From a virus: a DNA stretch of 64,000 nucleotides. The translations under genes were made by a program, and so were the position numbers. Below the pieces are notes generated by a model. It was not told the origin of the DNA and did not search any database. It worked only from the letters and a program-made list of their open reading frames with translations. The stretch covers positions 1 to 64,000 of IMG/VR virus record IMGVR_UViG_3300025131_000007. One strand, 5' to 3'. How positions within the stretch are numbered: the first letter of the stretch is position 1; each line of letters opens with the position of its first letter. This document shows positions 49,157-59,631 of this stretch, one piece after another.

Positions 49157-50263
49157 ATGACGGTTAATAATAAATTCTTTAATGCATCCAAGCTTGGTGT
49201 GCGAAACAAGATAGTAATGGATAATGGCGACGAACGCTATTTTGCTGATGGATCCGATTCGTATGCGAATATGGGATTTTATATCTCTTTTCATCATGTT
49301 CCCAGTGAAGAAGAAGTCGCATTTAAGGCATTTATTAATTCTTTTCAAGAAAATTATGCATGCGATTGGGCAGAGGAAAGCGTCTACGGCCGCCCCGATG
49401 CGATTTATACCTACAAGGGCACCAATCGACGTTTAGCTATATCATTTTTGATTCCCGCTGCCACGATGAGTGAGGGTTTTGAAAACTTAGCTACTGTTCA
49501 AAAATTAATGCAATTTTTATATCCTACATATGTGGGCCCACGCAGTGCTCAAACTATTTCTCAATCGCCCTTAATGCGTATGCGAGTGATGAATTTGTTT
49601 GCCAACCGCTCAGGTGTTCATTCTGAGATAGCCGAAGGCGAACTAACTGCGGAAGAACGCGCTCCTTCATCCTATGACGATATGGTAAAATCAACAAATG
49701 ATAGCATTTGGCAACAAGGGCTCCTGGGTGCGGTTTCCAGTGTTAATGTAAACCACAACTTAGACAATCCGAACACAGGAGTGTTTGAATTTGCTCCCGG
49801 AGTAATTGTGCCTAAATTGATAGAAATTAATCTAGATTTCAATGTGATCCATGAACATCCAGTGGGGTGGCGTGGTGACAAACAATTTATGCAACCTTTG
49901 TTTCCTTACGGGGTTAATTTGGATGCAAGTGTTCCCAGGAGTGTAGATGATCTCAAACGCCAAGAAAACCAACTAGCAGCCGACACCAAAAAGCGCCGCG
50001 ATCAGCGTTTGGCGGAAACCGGAAAACCACTTTCCGAACAAGTCATGCAAAATTTAAAAGCAGAATATGGAAAACTTTTGGATAGCATGACGTGGAGCGG
50101 AACGGGCGATACGACTACACGTTATGCGGCTGTTGGCCCCGGAGCACAAGGTCAAACCACAACGTCGCTGAAAGAGGGCCCTGATGTGGAGGGGAACGTG
50201 GTTTACGAAAAGACCACCTCATTTAAGTGGGGAACAACAACAGTAACCGACGACAAACCGTGA
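49157..50263 (+). CDS. Tail tube initiator/baseplate protein
   Basis: FKAFINSFQENY..W....YGRPD.IYTYKGTNR; PKLIEINLDFNVIHE. Confidence 0.6.
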   Translation: MTVNNKFFNASKLGVRNKIVMDNGDERYFADGSDSYANMGFYISFHHVPSEEEVAFKAFINSFQENYACDWAEESVYGRPDAIYTYKGTNRRLAISFLIPAATMSEGFENLATVQKLMQFLYPTYVGPRSAQTISQSPLMRMRVMNLFANRSGVHSEIAEGELTAEERAPSSYDDMVKSTNDSIWQQGLLGAVSSVNVNHNLDNPNTGVFEFAPGVIVPKLIEINLDFNVIHEHPVGWRGDKQFMQPLFPYGVNLDASVPRSVDDLKRQENQLAADTKKRRDQRLAETGKPLSEQVMQNLKAEYGKLLDSMTWSGTGDTTTRYAAVGPGAQGQTTTSLKEGPDVEGNVVYEKTTSFKWGTTTVTDDKP

Positions 50264-50280
50264 GTCGAGGAAATTAAACT

Positions 50281-50622
50281 ATGCCGAGATACAAATACAC
50301 ACCTATACTAAATAATGACATTGAATTCTACGAATTCCTTCGCAAGAAAAGAAACAATATCAAAAACATTGTTCAATACGATACGCAGATAATGTATAAC
50401 CCCAGCGTAAGGGATCGCATGAACCTCGTTTCAGAAAAACACGTCTGGAAATACGGTGATAGGTTTTATAAACTGGCAGACCAATATTATAGCGATGTTA
50501 ACTATTGGTGGGTGATTGCGTGGTATAATGGATATATGACCGAAGTAGATATATTTCCCGGCGATGTTATTTCTATTCCGCTGGATCTCGAAAGAGCGCT
50601 GATGGCGCTAGGGAGCTATTAG
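50281..50622 (+). CDS. LysM-like baseplate wedge protein (gp53/P2 X-like)
   Basis: HVWKYGDRFYKLADQYYSDVNYWWVIAWYN..PGDVISIP. Confidence 0.8.
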   Translation: MPRYKYTPILNNDIEFYEFLRKKRNNIKNIVQYDTQIMYNPSVRDRMNLVSEKHVWKYGDRFYKLADQYYSDVNYWWVIAWYNGYMTEVDIFPGDVISIPLDLERALMALGSY

Positions 50623-50624
50623 GG

Positions 50625-53600
50625 ATGTTAAATCTCTCTACGGTTCTAAGATCGTACATGACTGAATATTCTGACGACGAACTAGAGGAACTTGATAACC
50701 TTATTGAGGAAAAAGCCGGGTCACTCGCTCAAGACTATCAGGCGGCTCTTAACAAAGTGCAGGGCTGCAGCGTAGAATTGGCACAATTGCAGAAAGAATT
50801 AAAATTATATTTACAATCAATTTATGCAGATAATCCTATATGGCTTAATACGAGTCTCAAAGAATCTGTTGACAACATAGCCTGGGGCGCCCCAGGCACT
50901 AGCGCCCAACGAACGGAAACTGCGGCTATTTATGGCGCAAAAGATGACCGGCAATTGATTTTATTACAACAAGCCGGCCAAACGTGGCCGGCTAAAGTTC
51001 TAGATATAAAAGAAATAGAGGGATTAGAGGGAGTATCGCACCCATCTTTGTTGCCCTGCATTACCCTCGTCGACGCGTCTCAATTATACACGCCAGATTT
51101 TACGGATGTGGATTATCCCGCAGCCATGTATCTCTTGGATACGAATCTGAAGGCACAGGAAACACTTAAGAATGCCAAGATGCCCGGGCAAGGCGTTGCC
51201 ACCGCTAGTCTTTATCCCCAAGGGCTCGTTTCCTTGTATGCGGGAATATTGGCCCAGTGTGAATTGTTGGTGTCTTTCAACATGATGATCGATGAGGAAG
51301 CTGCCCGGGGCCTGACTATGGCATCATCATTGCAGATGGATTCTTCTTATTCTCACGAAGCTACCTATGACCAAATTTCACACATTAATCATAGACTTTA
51401 TAAAAATGTATACGGGGGCACCGAACAATTAGGTTCGGGCGTACCCATATCAGCAGTAGGCCCAGACACTTTATATGAAATTTTACAATATGGGGGTTAT
51501 TCTGTTTTTAATGTGTTTGGTTCTCAGGCGACAACTTATGTAGATGACGGAATACGTCGAGCCCAACATGTTGAAATTCAAAACATATCTGGTCAATTAT
51601 CTCCCATTGAATTGTTGAAATATCTCAATGCGGGTGCCGCCAAGTTTGGAAACTTTCACCCTACTGATGCGGAATTAGCTTCAACAACTCCTTCTGAGTC
51701 GCCTTGGGCTGTGGGAAGCGATTGGATCGTTGGTCTAAAGAAATATCTTCAAGATGTAGCTAATAATTTGTTAAGAATTTTGGGAGAAATGAGACGTAAT
51801 TCGGAGTGTATTTATAGAGCAGATGTGGCATTGCGCGAAAAACAACAAAAAGTTTTTGAGGATTTAGCAAGCGAGCGCCCTATTTTCGCAGAAAATCCCG
51901 AAGTTTTACAAAAAGCTCTCGATAATTTAATGCTCGGAAACTTGGAAGAGTTTATCGGAGAGTCAGGTTTTTTTGCAAGTCAAATATTGTTCAAAGAACA
52001 ATGTTGGTTATTGGCATATGTAGATTTGCTCGCTCGCTACAAGAAGGAGCATTTGGATGTAGGTCATGGGGGAACCATTTTCTCCAGCACTAACCGGGGA
52101 ACTTATTCCACACCGCGTAAAGGAACAGCTAAAAAGTTTTTACCATACGTCAATTTACCGCAAAATCCCGAACGGGTGGGCAAATTGAATTCAACATTGT
52201 TGGTGGATAGCGATCCGTATGCGTTTATTAATCGGTTGACGTTCAATCCTCATCTTCCAGCTTATTTAAATATCGACAACCACGAGTTATCTAATTTGCA
52301 GCCAAAAATTCGTTTATCGAAGGTGATTTATGAAAAAGAAGGATCGAAACGAAATGATTTAAGAGAGGTAGAATTTGATTTTGAATCTTATTTCGATACT
52401 TCGCGAATGGTGGGCCCAGGTAAAAAAACCAACATCCTACAAGATCGGAAGCGACGTGGGAGCGGGGTTGGTATTACGAGTTTTGATTTTGCTTATGACG
52501 GATCTAACCCTTTTGCTATTAAGAAAAGTATTACCGCGAATTTAAAATTATACGCCACGGATATCAAGGAATTGTTTGAAGTGCGCGGGGGTCAAAACGG
52601 CTCCCCCGAATGGCGTTATGTAGATTTAGCCTTAAAAACGGGAGATGTGAGTGCAGAGACTAAAAAATGTTTTAATCATATCAAAGAAAATGCGGATAAT
52701 TATGCTCTTAATTTTCGGTTGCGGGCGCATGTGGGAATGGCGCGCCCTACAACTTTGATCAATAAAAACAATGAGGGTCTTAAGGAAGCGTTACAAGATG
52801 CCTATGTGACTCTAAATCTTACGCCGACCGTTCATAATTTTGAGCTTGATGAGATGGGGCGCGTTGTTTTTAATATTACTTATTTGGCATATATTGAAGA
52901 AATGTTTGATCAGCCTGTATATAATATTTTTGCCAACGCTCGAAGCGCAACGAACCAAAAGGAACTGGTGGCTTTAAAAAGAATTCAGAGACAATTTGAA
53001 TTAGAATTCGCCCAAAAGAATTGCGGCAATAAAGAAATGGATGAATTGCGTGAGAAATTTGAAGACCAAATTGCCAGTGAAACATCTCTAAGTTTGCAAA
53101 TGATTATACAAACATTGATGACAGAAGGAAGAATTCAGTATGTTCCCTTGGATTCAGCGATGATGGCCAGTTTTGCCAACAAAGGGCCTTCCACAAAAGA
53201 GAAGGGCATACGTCGCAGAATTGAAAAGTTTTTAGAAGGAAAGGGAGTTCTACCTCTTCAGGAAAACCTCAAAAAATTGAAGGCAATTCCCATTTTGAAT
53301 AACGCCATCGATCTTCAAGCCGATTTGGAAGCGCGCACCAATCAGGTAGTAAATGCCCATACGACAAATTATAAGAACAGAGCCGACACAGATAAACAAA
53401 CATCGGTTGCCAAAGTTCTTACGGAAGGGGCAGATCCCAACACTTATGTAATTTCTTATTTTTATGTTAGTGACCTGATAGATATTATTTTGAGTAATAT
53501 TGAAAAAGAATTGAAGAGGCTTCCGGATGAATTAGTGGATATCCAAAGCGATTATCTAGATGTGAGCACCAAAGAGGTTTGGGTCAGAGAGAAGCGAAAA

Positions 53601-54623
53601 GAATTGGAACAATATGCGTTAAATTTACGACGCTTGCGCGTGGTGTTGGGGCCGGCAGAATTATTTACCACGGCTGGGGCAGACGGTGGAAGACAATCGC
53701 ATATCATAAGTTTGGGAGATATCCCCATTTCAGTCAAATATTTTTTAGAATGGATGACGGATAAAATGTTAAAGAAACAAGAAGTTTTTTATTCCTTTAC
53801 TAAATTTTTAAATGATTTATTTAATGACTTGGTGCGCAATTTTTTAAATAATGAAGATTGCTTTGGCTACTCGATTAAACAAAAGACGCGAGTTCAGCAA
53901 GCCACCTTGACATCATATACGCCGGATCCGAATATAGATCCCCTAACTGCCATGGCACAAGAACAGAATTCGACGCGCCTTGATTTGGGGCTCTTGCCGC
54001 AAGGAAGACGGTTGCTAGAATTATCAGGCCCCTCAGAAAGTGTGCGTACGACCATTCCCATTCAAAATGAAATTAATTATTTTACTTATTTTATTGGAAG
54101 AGTTCAGCCTTTTGAGCTTATGAACGGCAACAAAGCGCAAGACGAGGGGAGAGGAATTTTTCATTATTTGTTGGGAAGAGATAAGGGCATTATTAAGAAC
54201 ATTAAAATGTCAAAAACCCAAACACCAGGATTAGCGGAGGTTAGATTTGAACAGGAGGGGTATGATGGCTTAAGTCAGTTGCGCGTAATTTATGATGTGC
54301 AGATTGAGACATTTGCTAACGTTCAAACCTTTCCGGGAACTTATATTTATGTTGATCCGCAGGGATTTTCCCCGTCGGGTAAAAATATTCCCGACTCTAA
54401 CTTAACATTAACAGATTTGGGGATTGGTGGTTATTATATGATATATAAGTCAGAGCATGGTTTTGGGCGTGGATATGCTCAGTCTATTATTCATGCCAAG
54501 TGGGTTCATGCGATTCAGCAAGAGGAAGCTTTGCGTGATTGTCAAGTTCTCATGGATGCTAGCGCAGGGAACGGCGGCCGTATGTCGCCATGGTGTCGGA
54601 TAACCGAGGCTTCTAAAAAATAG
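50625..54623 (+). CDS. Large baseplate hub-like protein
   Basis: 1332 aa after the LysM gene; C-terminal FPGTYIYVDP..LGIGGYYMIYKSEH resembles hub (gp27/gpD) ends. Confidence 0.55.
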   Translation: MLNLSTVLRSYMTEYSDDELEELDNLIEEKAGSLAQDYQAALNKVQGCSVELAQLQKELKLYLQSIYADNPIWLNTSLKESVDNIAWGAPGTSAQRTETAAIYGAKDDRQLILLQQAGQTWPAKVLDIKEIEGLEGVSHPSLLPCITLVDASQLYTPDFTDVDYPAAMYLLDTNLKAQETLKNAKMPGQGVATASLYPQGLVSLYAGILAQCELLVSFNMMIDEEAARGLTMASSLQMDSSYSHEATYDQISHINHRLYKNVYGGTEQLGSGVPISAVGPDTLYEILQYGGYSVFNVFGSQATTYVDDGIRRAQHVEIQNISGQLSPIELLKYLNAGAAKFGNFHPTDAELASTTPSESPWAVGSDWIVGLKKYLQDVANNLLRILGEMRRNSECIYRADVALREKQQKVFEDLASERPIFAENPEVLQKALDNLMLGNLEEFIGESGFFASQILFKEQCWLLAYVDLLARYKKEHLDVGHGGTIFSSTNRGTYSTPRKGTAKKFLPYVNLPQNPERVGKLNSTLLVDSDPYAFINRLTFNPHLPAYLNIDNHELSNLQPKIRLSKVIYEKEGSKRNDLREVEFDFESYFDTSRMVGPGKKTNILQDRKRRGSGVGITSFDFAYDGSNPFAIKKSITANLKLYATDIKELFEVRGGQNGSPEWRYVDLALKTGDVSAETKKCFNHIKENADNYALNFRLRAHVGMARPTTLINKNNEGLKEALQDAYVTLNLTPTVHNFELDEMGRVVFNITYLAYIEEMFDQPVYNIFANARSATNQKELVALKRIQRQFELEFAQKNCGNKEMDELREKFEDQIASETSLSLQMIIQTLMTEGRIQYVPLDSAMMASFANKGPSTKEKGIRRRIEKFLEGKGVLPLQENLKKLKAIPILNNAIDLQADLEARTNQVVNAHTTNYKNRADTDKQTSVAKVLTEGADPNTYVISYFYVSDLIDIILSNIEKELKRLPDELVDIQSDYLDVSTKEVWVREKRKELEQYALNLRRLRVVLGPAELFTTAGADGGRQSHIISLGDIPISVKYFLEWMTDKMLKKQEVFYSFTKFLNDLFNDLVRNFLNNEDCFGYSIKQKTRVQQATLTSYTPDPNIDPLTAMAQEQNSTRLDLGLLPQGRRLLELSGPSESVRTTIPIQNEINYFTYFIGRVQPFELMNGNKAQDEGRGIFHYLLGRDKGIIKNIKMSKTQTPGLAEVRFEQEGYDGLSQLRVIYDVQIETFANVQTFPGTYIYVDPQGFSPSGKNIPDSNLTLTDLGIGGYYMIYKSEHGFGRGYAQSIIHAKWVHAIQQEEALRDCQVLMDASAGNGGRMSPWCRITEASKK

Positions 54624-54635
54624 GAAGATAAAAGA

Positions 54636-55904
54636 ATGTCAATTTTTTTTAAGGAAAATAATTTTGAATCAACCTTCAATCTTTTTAACAAAAGTATTGT
54701 ATATCGGGGCACCGTGATTCGCCCCCAAGATAATAACATAGTTAATTTTCATCATGGGGAAAAATTTCTTTATGGCAAAATAAGGCGCGATGGAACACCT
54801 GTAGCTCCAATTGGAGACAGTGTTTTAAAAAGAATCACGGCTGCCGGAAACCCAAGTAACCCTCCCCAAGCAATGAATTTTGTAGTAGATGTGTTTGAGC
54901 AGATGTCATTGCAATTTCAAAAGTGTGTTGGGTTAAACAAAATTAGCTCCAATGATCCTTTTTTGTCTAATTTGGTGGCATATAAAGGATACGTTCAGCC
55001 GGCAGCATTATTCGCGGGTTATCAAAAAGTAATTTATAATTCCATTCGAGAATATTTCTCTTCCTCCGATATTCGCTTGACGAGCTTTGAGCAGTTTATT
55101 GCTATCTTTCGCGATCTCATGACAGGCATGTTGTCTCATGTGCGATTTACTTATCCGGGCTTTATTAAAAGCTCAGATTGCACTATTTTGGGGAGCGGTC
55201 TGGCAATTGAAATTGCAGACAAACAAAATTTTTCCAACGATAACAGTAAGATAAAAAAATTCACCAACAGCCCAAACTGGGATTTTTATGTTAATACTTG
55301 CGATTCTTACGGTTTCATGATAGATTATAATATACCCTGGAGAATTGTGGCAGATATTGATTGTGAATTAATGCGCATCGAAGCCGAGAAATATGGATAT
55401 GTAAATCCTTACGATCTTTTGGCAAGAGCTTACTCAGAGGTTTCTGTATCTTATTTTGTAAATAATTTCATTTCTGACTTGCTTAATCTCTATAATGATG
55501 TTAAGTTAGAGTATTGGAATGAACCAGCTTATTGTGAAGACGGATCAATAGGGGTTCAATCGGGAGGATCGCCCTCCTATACTTTAGCCGAGATTCAACG
55601 TAAATTTGGAATGACTTACTTTCTTAAATTATATTTATTTTGTCGCCTACTGGAAGAAAAACCAGAAATGCCCCAACAACACAAACTTCGATTAATCGAA
55701 GACGTAGTGAGAATGGTAAACAACAAAGATACCGCCTCTGCACCCGTTTCTTATTTTGAAAGAGTGATCAATAAAGAGTTTGACAAAATAGGATCTTACA
55801 CGTATCTTCGGAAAGCGGAGAAAGCAACTGCGTTGAGTGAGTTTGAAACCCAACAACGCCAATCTTTAGAAGTGAGCGAAACAGATGATATTTCAAACTA
55901 TTGA
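54636..55904 (+). CDS. Hypothetical protein
   Basis: 422 aa ORF; no recognised motif. Confidence 0.6.
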   Translation: MSIFFKENNFESTFNLFNKSIVYRGTVIRPQDNNIVNFHHGEKFLYGKIRRDGTPVAPIGDSVLKRITAAGNPSNPPQAMNFVVDVFEQMSLQFQKCVGLNKISSNDPFLSNLVAYKGYVQPAALFAGYQKVIYNSIREYFSSSDIRLTSFEQFIAIFRDLMTGMLSHVRFTYPGFIKSSDCTILGSGLAIEIADKQNFSNDNSKIKKFTNSPNWDFYVNTCDSYGFMIDYNIPWRIVADIDCELMRIEAEKYGYVNPYDLLARAYSEVSVSYFVNNFISDLLNLYNDVKLEYWNEPAYCEDGSIGVQSGGSPSYTLAEIQRKFGMTYFLKLYLFCRLLEEKPEMPQQHKLRLIEDVVRMVNNKDTASAPVSYFERVINKEFDKIGSYTYLRKAEKATALSEFETQQRQSLEVSETDDISNY

Positions 55905-57060
55905 TGACAAAAAAGAATGTATTGGTGTGTATACGGAGGGAGAATTGCATTTTGATAATTTTCCACAACCTCTTACACGCACTTGGAAATATAGTGCATC
56001 TCAACCACCACGCGGGGTGGAGTATGGGTGGATCTATGGTAATGGTAAATCATTAGAAGACGCAGCACCACCGGAGCTTGCAGAAGCACTTCAAGCAGCA
56101 CAGCGTAAAATGACCGCATATCGTAAATCATTTGAGATTGCGAAGCTAAAACTTAACGAACATTGTATTTTTGATCTGGTCCCCCAAAGTTTTTTAATGG
56201 AGTTTTGTGAGATTAAAAATCAAATTACACAACATGTGTTTGAGACGAACACCAAGCCTGATAATTACGAGCACTTAGTCAGTGTGCATAAGCTACTAGA
56301 GAAGATATCTTATCAGGAACTTAATTTAACCATTGATGATTGTAAGCACTTGATGTATGGAACTCTTGGGCGAAATAAAATCCAAGAGCTATTAAAGAAC
56401 TATCGTTATATTAAATATAATCTTTATGGCACTGTTACGGGTAGACTTACCACATCTTATGGGTCGTTCCCTATTTTAACATTGAAAAAAGAATTTCGTA
56501 ATCTAATAAAGCCCGTTCATGATTCTTTTGTGAGTCTGGATTATAATGGTGCAGAAGTGCGCACGTTTTTGGATTTATGCGGAAGCGAACAGCCGTTGGT
56601 GGATATACATACTTGGAATATAGAAAATATTTTTAAAGACGAAGATATGACCCGCGATGAAGCCAAGACTTTGTTTTTTGCATGGTTGTATAATCCCGAC
56701 TCTGATCAGTTAGATGATGAAATATATAATCGTAAAAAACTTCTTGACAAAGTGTATAAAGAGGGTTATATTATTACTCCATACGGGAGAACTCTTGCCG
56801 TGGGAGAAAGGAAAGCATTGAACTATCTTATTCAAAGCACAACAGCCGATAGGGTATTGTCGAAAGCGGTGGCTATTGATCAACTCCTAGCTGACCGTCA
56901 ATCTTTTATTTCTCATATAGTGCATGATGAAATTGTCATTGATTACAACGAAGCAGATAAAGATCTTTTGCTCGATATCAAAAACATTTTTGAAGACGGC
57001 TATCTGTCGAACATGAAAGTGGGAAAAAATTATTATCATTTAAATATGTTGGAATTATGA
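55885..57060 (+). CDS. Minimal family-A DNA polymerase-like protein
   Basis: GTVTGRLT, motif A SLDYNGAEVR, motif B RDEAKTLFFAWLY, TPYGR, ALNYLIQSTTAD, motif C IVHDEIV. Confidence 0.85.
   Translation: MIFQTIDDKKECIGVYTEGELHFDNFPQPLTRTWKYSASQPPRGVEYGWIYGNGKSLEDAAPPELAEALQAAQRKMTAYRKSFEIAKLKLNEHCIFDLVPQSFLMEFCEIKNQITQHVFETNTKPDNYEHLVSVHKLLEKISYQELNLTIDDCKHLMYGTLGRNKIQELLKNYRYIKYNLYGTVTGRLTTSYGSFPILTLKKEFRNLIKPVHDSFVSLDYNGAEVRTFLDLCGSEQPLVDIHTWNIENIFKDEDMTRDEAKTLFFAWLYNPDSDQLDDEIYNRKKLLDKVYKEGYIITPYGRTLAVGERKALNYLIQSTTADRVLSKAVAIDQLLADRQSFISHIVHDEIVIDYNEADKDLLLDIKNIFEDGYLSNMKVGKNYYHLNMLEL
56744..56772 (+). promoter_or_regulatory. Intragenic sigma70-type promoter
   Basis: TTGACA-17 nt-TATATT inside the polymerase-like gene. 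Confidence 0.5.
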
Positions 57061-57896
57061 TTTCAATTATTGGGTTAGGAAGCGCCGCATCACGTATCGC
57101 ACAACAATTTTCTATAACGCCGAATTACAATGTTTATATGCTGAGCGATGAATTTTCACGTAGCTCTAAGAGAAAATATAAATTAAAATCTTACGAAACA
57201 CCAGAAGAGTATGAAACCAATATTCCATCACTTAAGAAGTTTTTTGCAGATGTAGATGATCACGTGCAATTTTTTGTGGTAGGATCTTCTTATAGTTCCA
57301 ATTATACATTGGGAGTATTAGAGCAAATTAAAGATAAAAAGATTGAGATTTTCTATATTCAACCGGATACAGAATTGCTGACGGGGATCCCCAAACTGTT
57401 AGATAAGATCGTGTTTAGTGTTCTTCAGGAATACGCCCGCAGCGGATTGTTGCAGTCGTTTACTGCGATATCTCATTTGAAAATAGAAGAAGCGATCGGA
57501 GACATCCCCATTAAATCGTATTATAATGCTTTGAATAAGACGGTTTTTTCGACTGTTCATTATTGTAATTATTTTAACAATGCGGAGCCTGAGATTGGTA
57601 CCGTAGCCCGCCCACTGGAGATAAATCGGATCCGTAGCATCGCCATGTTAAACCCTGAAAATTTATCAGAAAAATGGTTTTTTGACCTTGACAACGAGCG
57701 AGATTTATGTTATTATATATGTATAAACCAAGAGAAGTTGGAAAAGGATGGCACTTTGCATAAACGATTGGTTGAGAAACTGAAAAGTAAGCCGAGAAAT
57801 GCATTTAGAAAGATATCTTATGCAATTTATGAAACACCACATGAAGATTTTGGGTTCTGCGTTGCCCACACAAACGCAATACAAAATTACACTTGA
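57057..57896 (+). CDS. Divergent FtsZ/tubulin-like protein
   Basis: MISIIGLGSAASRIA N-terminal loop; tubulin-like spacing; signature degenerate (VVGSSYSSNY). Confidence 0.55.
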   Translation: MISIIGLGSAASRIAQQFSITPNYNVYMLSDEFSRSSKRKYKLKSYETPEEYETNIPSLKKFFADVDDHVQFFVVGSSYSSNYTLGVLEQIKDKKIEIFYIQPDTELLTGIPKLLDKIVFSVLQEYARSGLLQSFTAISHLKIEEAIGDIPIKSYYNALNKTVFSTVHYCNYFNNAEPEIGTVARPLEINRIRSIAMLNPENLSEKWFFDLDNERDLCYYICINQEKLEKDGTLHKRLVEKLKSKPRNAFRKISYAIYETPHEDFGFCVAHTNAIQNYT

Positions 57897-57921
57897 CAAA
57901 CTACGTTGAGTGTGTTACATT
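57893..57921 (+). promoter_or_regulatory. Sigma70-type promoter for SSB
   Basis: TTGACA-17 nt-TACATT with TG extension. Confidence 0.7.
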
Positions 57922-57973
57922 AAAGATACTGAGGAAAGCTTAGTATACTATATTCTTAAACAGGAGAAATAAA

Positions 57974-58744
57974 ATGGGAATTAATATGGAACTTATGCGC
58001 AAGAAACTTGCTGCCTTGCGTGGAAATGGCGGAGATGCCAAATCTTCTGTCTGGTTTAAGCCAGATGAGGGAGATACAGATATTCGGATCATTCCATCAA
58101 AAGATGGGGATCCTCTTAAAGAGATGCATTTTCATTACAATGTAGGAAACCACCACGGTGGTGTGCCATGCCCCAAGCGTAATTATGGGGAAAGTTGCCC
58201 AATTTGTGAATTTGCTTCTCAGCTTTGGAGAGAGGGAGTAGACAACAACGACGAAGAAAGCAAAAAGCTTGCTAAGTCTCTTTTTGTTCGTCAACGCTAT
58301 TTTTCTCCTGTTGTTGTCCGAGGTCGTGAAGACGAAGGCGCGAAGGTGTATGGCTATGGAAAAAAAGCTTACGAACTTTTGCTGGGATACATTCTCGATC
58401 CCGAATATGGAGATATCACTGATATTCTTGAGGGAACTGATATCACCCTAACTTACACTAAACCAAACAAGCCTGGGGCATACCCTCAGACGAGCCTAAA
58501 GATGCGTCGAAATACTTCTACGCTGTTGGAAGATACGGAAGCCATTCCCGCCCTCCTTGACGGCATTCCGGAATTCAACTCCCTATTTGAAAGGTTGAGC
58601 ACAGCGCAGGTTGAGGCAATTCTAGATGAGCAGTTGGCTAGCGATGGAAGCGCTGAGCAACGCTCTGCTGAAAGCACCCGATACAACAAAGATAACACTG
58701 GAAGCAGTGTAGATCGAGCATTTAATGAGTTGATGTCGGGCTAA
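57974..58744 (+). CDS. Single-stranded DNA-binding protein (T4 gp32-like)
   Basis: WFKP..DIRIIP, H..C..CPIC zinc site, YGDITD..GTDI, C-terminal VDRAFNELM. Confidence 0.85.
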   Translation: MGINMELMRKKLAALRGNGGDAKSSVWFKPDEGDTDIRIIPSKDGDPLKEMHFHYNVGNHHGGVPCPKRNYGESCPICEFASQLWREGVDNNDEESKKLAKSLFVRQRYFSPVVVRGREDEGAKVYGYGKKAYELLLGYILDPEYGDITDILEGTDITLTYTKPNKPGAYPQTSLKMRRNTSTLLEDTEAIPALLDGIPEFNSLFERLSTAQVEAILDEQLASDGSAEQRSAESTRYNKDNTGSSVDRAFNELMSG

Positions 58745-58755
58745 CAAGGCTCCCG

Positions 58756-58785
58756 CCGCTGGCAGATCGGTTACAATAATCTGCC
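58756..58785 (+). repeat. Intergenic stem-loop element, copy 1
   Basis: ccgct-ggcagat-cggttacaata-atctgcc. Confidence 0.6.
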
Positions 58786-58816
58786 TTTATTTTAAACTAG
58801 TTTTAAGGAGAACGAA

Positions 58817-59626
58817 ATGATAAATATTTTTAAATTATGTTTGCTCATGGGTTGCGCTCAGCCCGAAGAGGGGCCGCTTGCGGACGACATTGCTTCAAGG
58901 CCAGAGGGAGAGGAATTGATTCCACCTGATGATCCATGGTCATACAAACCTGACATGGTGATGTTCCACAATGTGGCTGTTATAAATGAAGGGAATCAAA
59001 TTGCGTGTTTTGACGATGGGGATGGCACTCCTTATTGCGGCGTATATAAGGTGATCTTGACTATATGGGATGAGTGGGAAGGATTGTCGGATAGCGACAG
59101 TTGTCAAATTATTCATCGTGTAGCGCCAGAATATCTTATTGAGAACGAAGTCTCTCAAGATTTCGCAGCTTATAACACACGACATGCGTGGGAATTTGAT
59201 GCATCACAGTCTTTTGTTTCCACCACTCAACTGTGTGATATGATCGCAGAGGATAGCGATATAGCTAATGTGGTGGAGAAATTTAAAACTGAGAATGTGG
59301 CATTTGGATACAAAGAGCTTTCTGAAGATATGGCTGCCGAATATAAAAATAGCTTTGGTTCGAATTATACGGATGAAGAGTGGGCTGCTGAAGTTCAGCC
59401 TTATTTGTTGGGAATGACCAATCGCATCGAGGGAGTCTATCGAACTCCAAACGTTGGCGTTGTTTATGAGATTGATGAAGATAATCAATTAGTGGTCGAT
59501 GAGAACGATACGTGGAATCGTTTGATTTTTGAAGGAACAGAAGAGGTTCCGACCGGCTATTATCGTGCGCCTTCTTATTATGTATATGATATCGGAACAT
59601 TTGTGCCGGAAGAGATAGGAGAATAA
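58817..59626 (+). CDS. Acidic lipoprotein
   Basis: MINIFKLCLLMGC lipobox-like N-terminus; AAGGAG. Confidence 0.65.
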   Translation: MINIFKLCLLMGCAQPEEGPLADDIASRPEGEELIPPDDPWSYKPDMVMFHNVAVINEGNQIACFDDGDGTPYCGVYKVILTIWDEWEGLSDSDSCQIIHRVAPEYLIENEVSQDFAAYNTRHAWEFDASQSFVSTTQLCDMIAEDSDIANVVEKFKTENVAFGYKELSEDMAAEYKNSFGSNYTDEEWAAEVQPYLLGMTNRIEGVYRTPNVGVVYEIDEDNQLVVDENDTWNRLIFEGTEEVPTGYYRAPSYYVYDIGTFVPEEIGE

Positions 59627-59631
59627 ATAAA

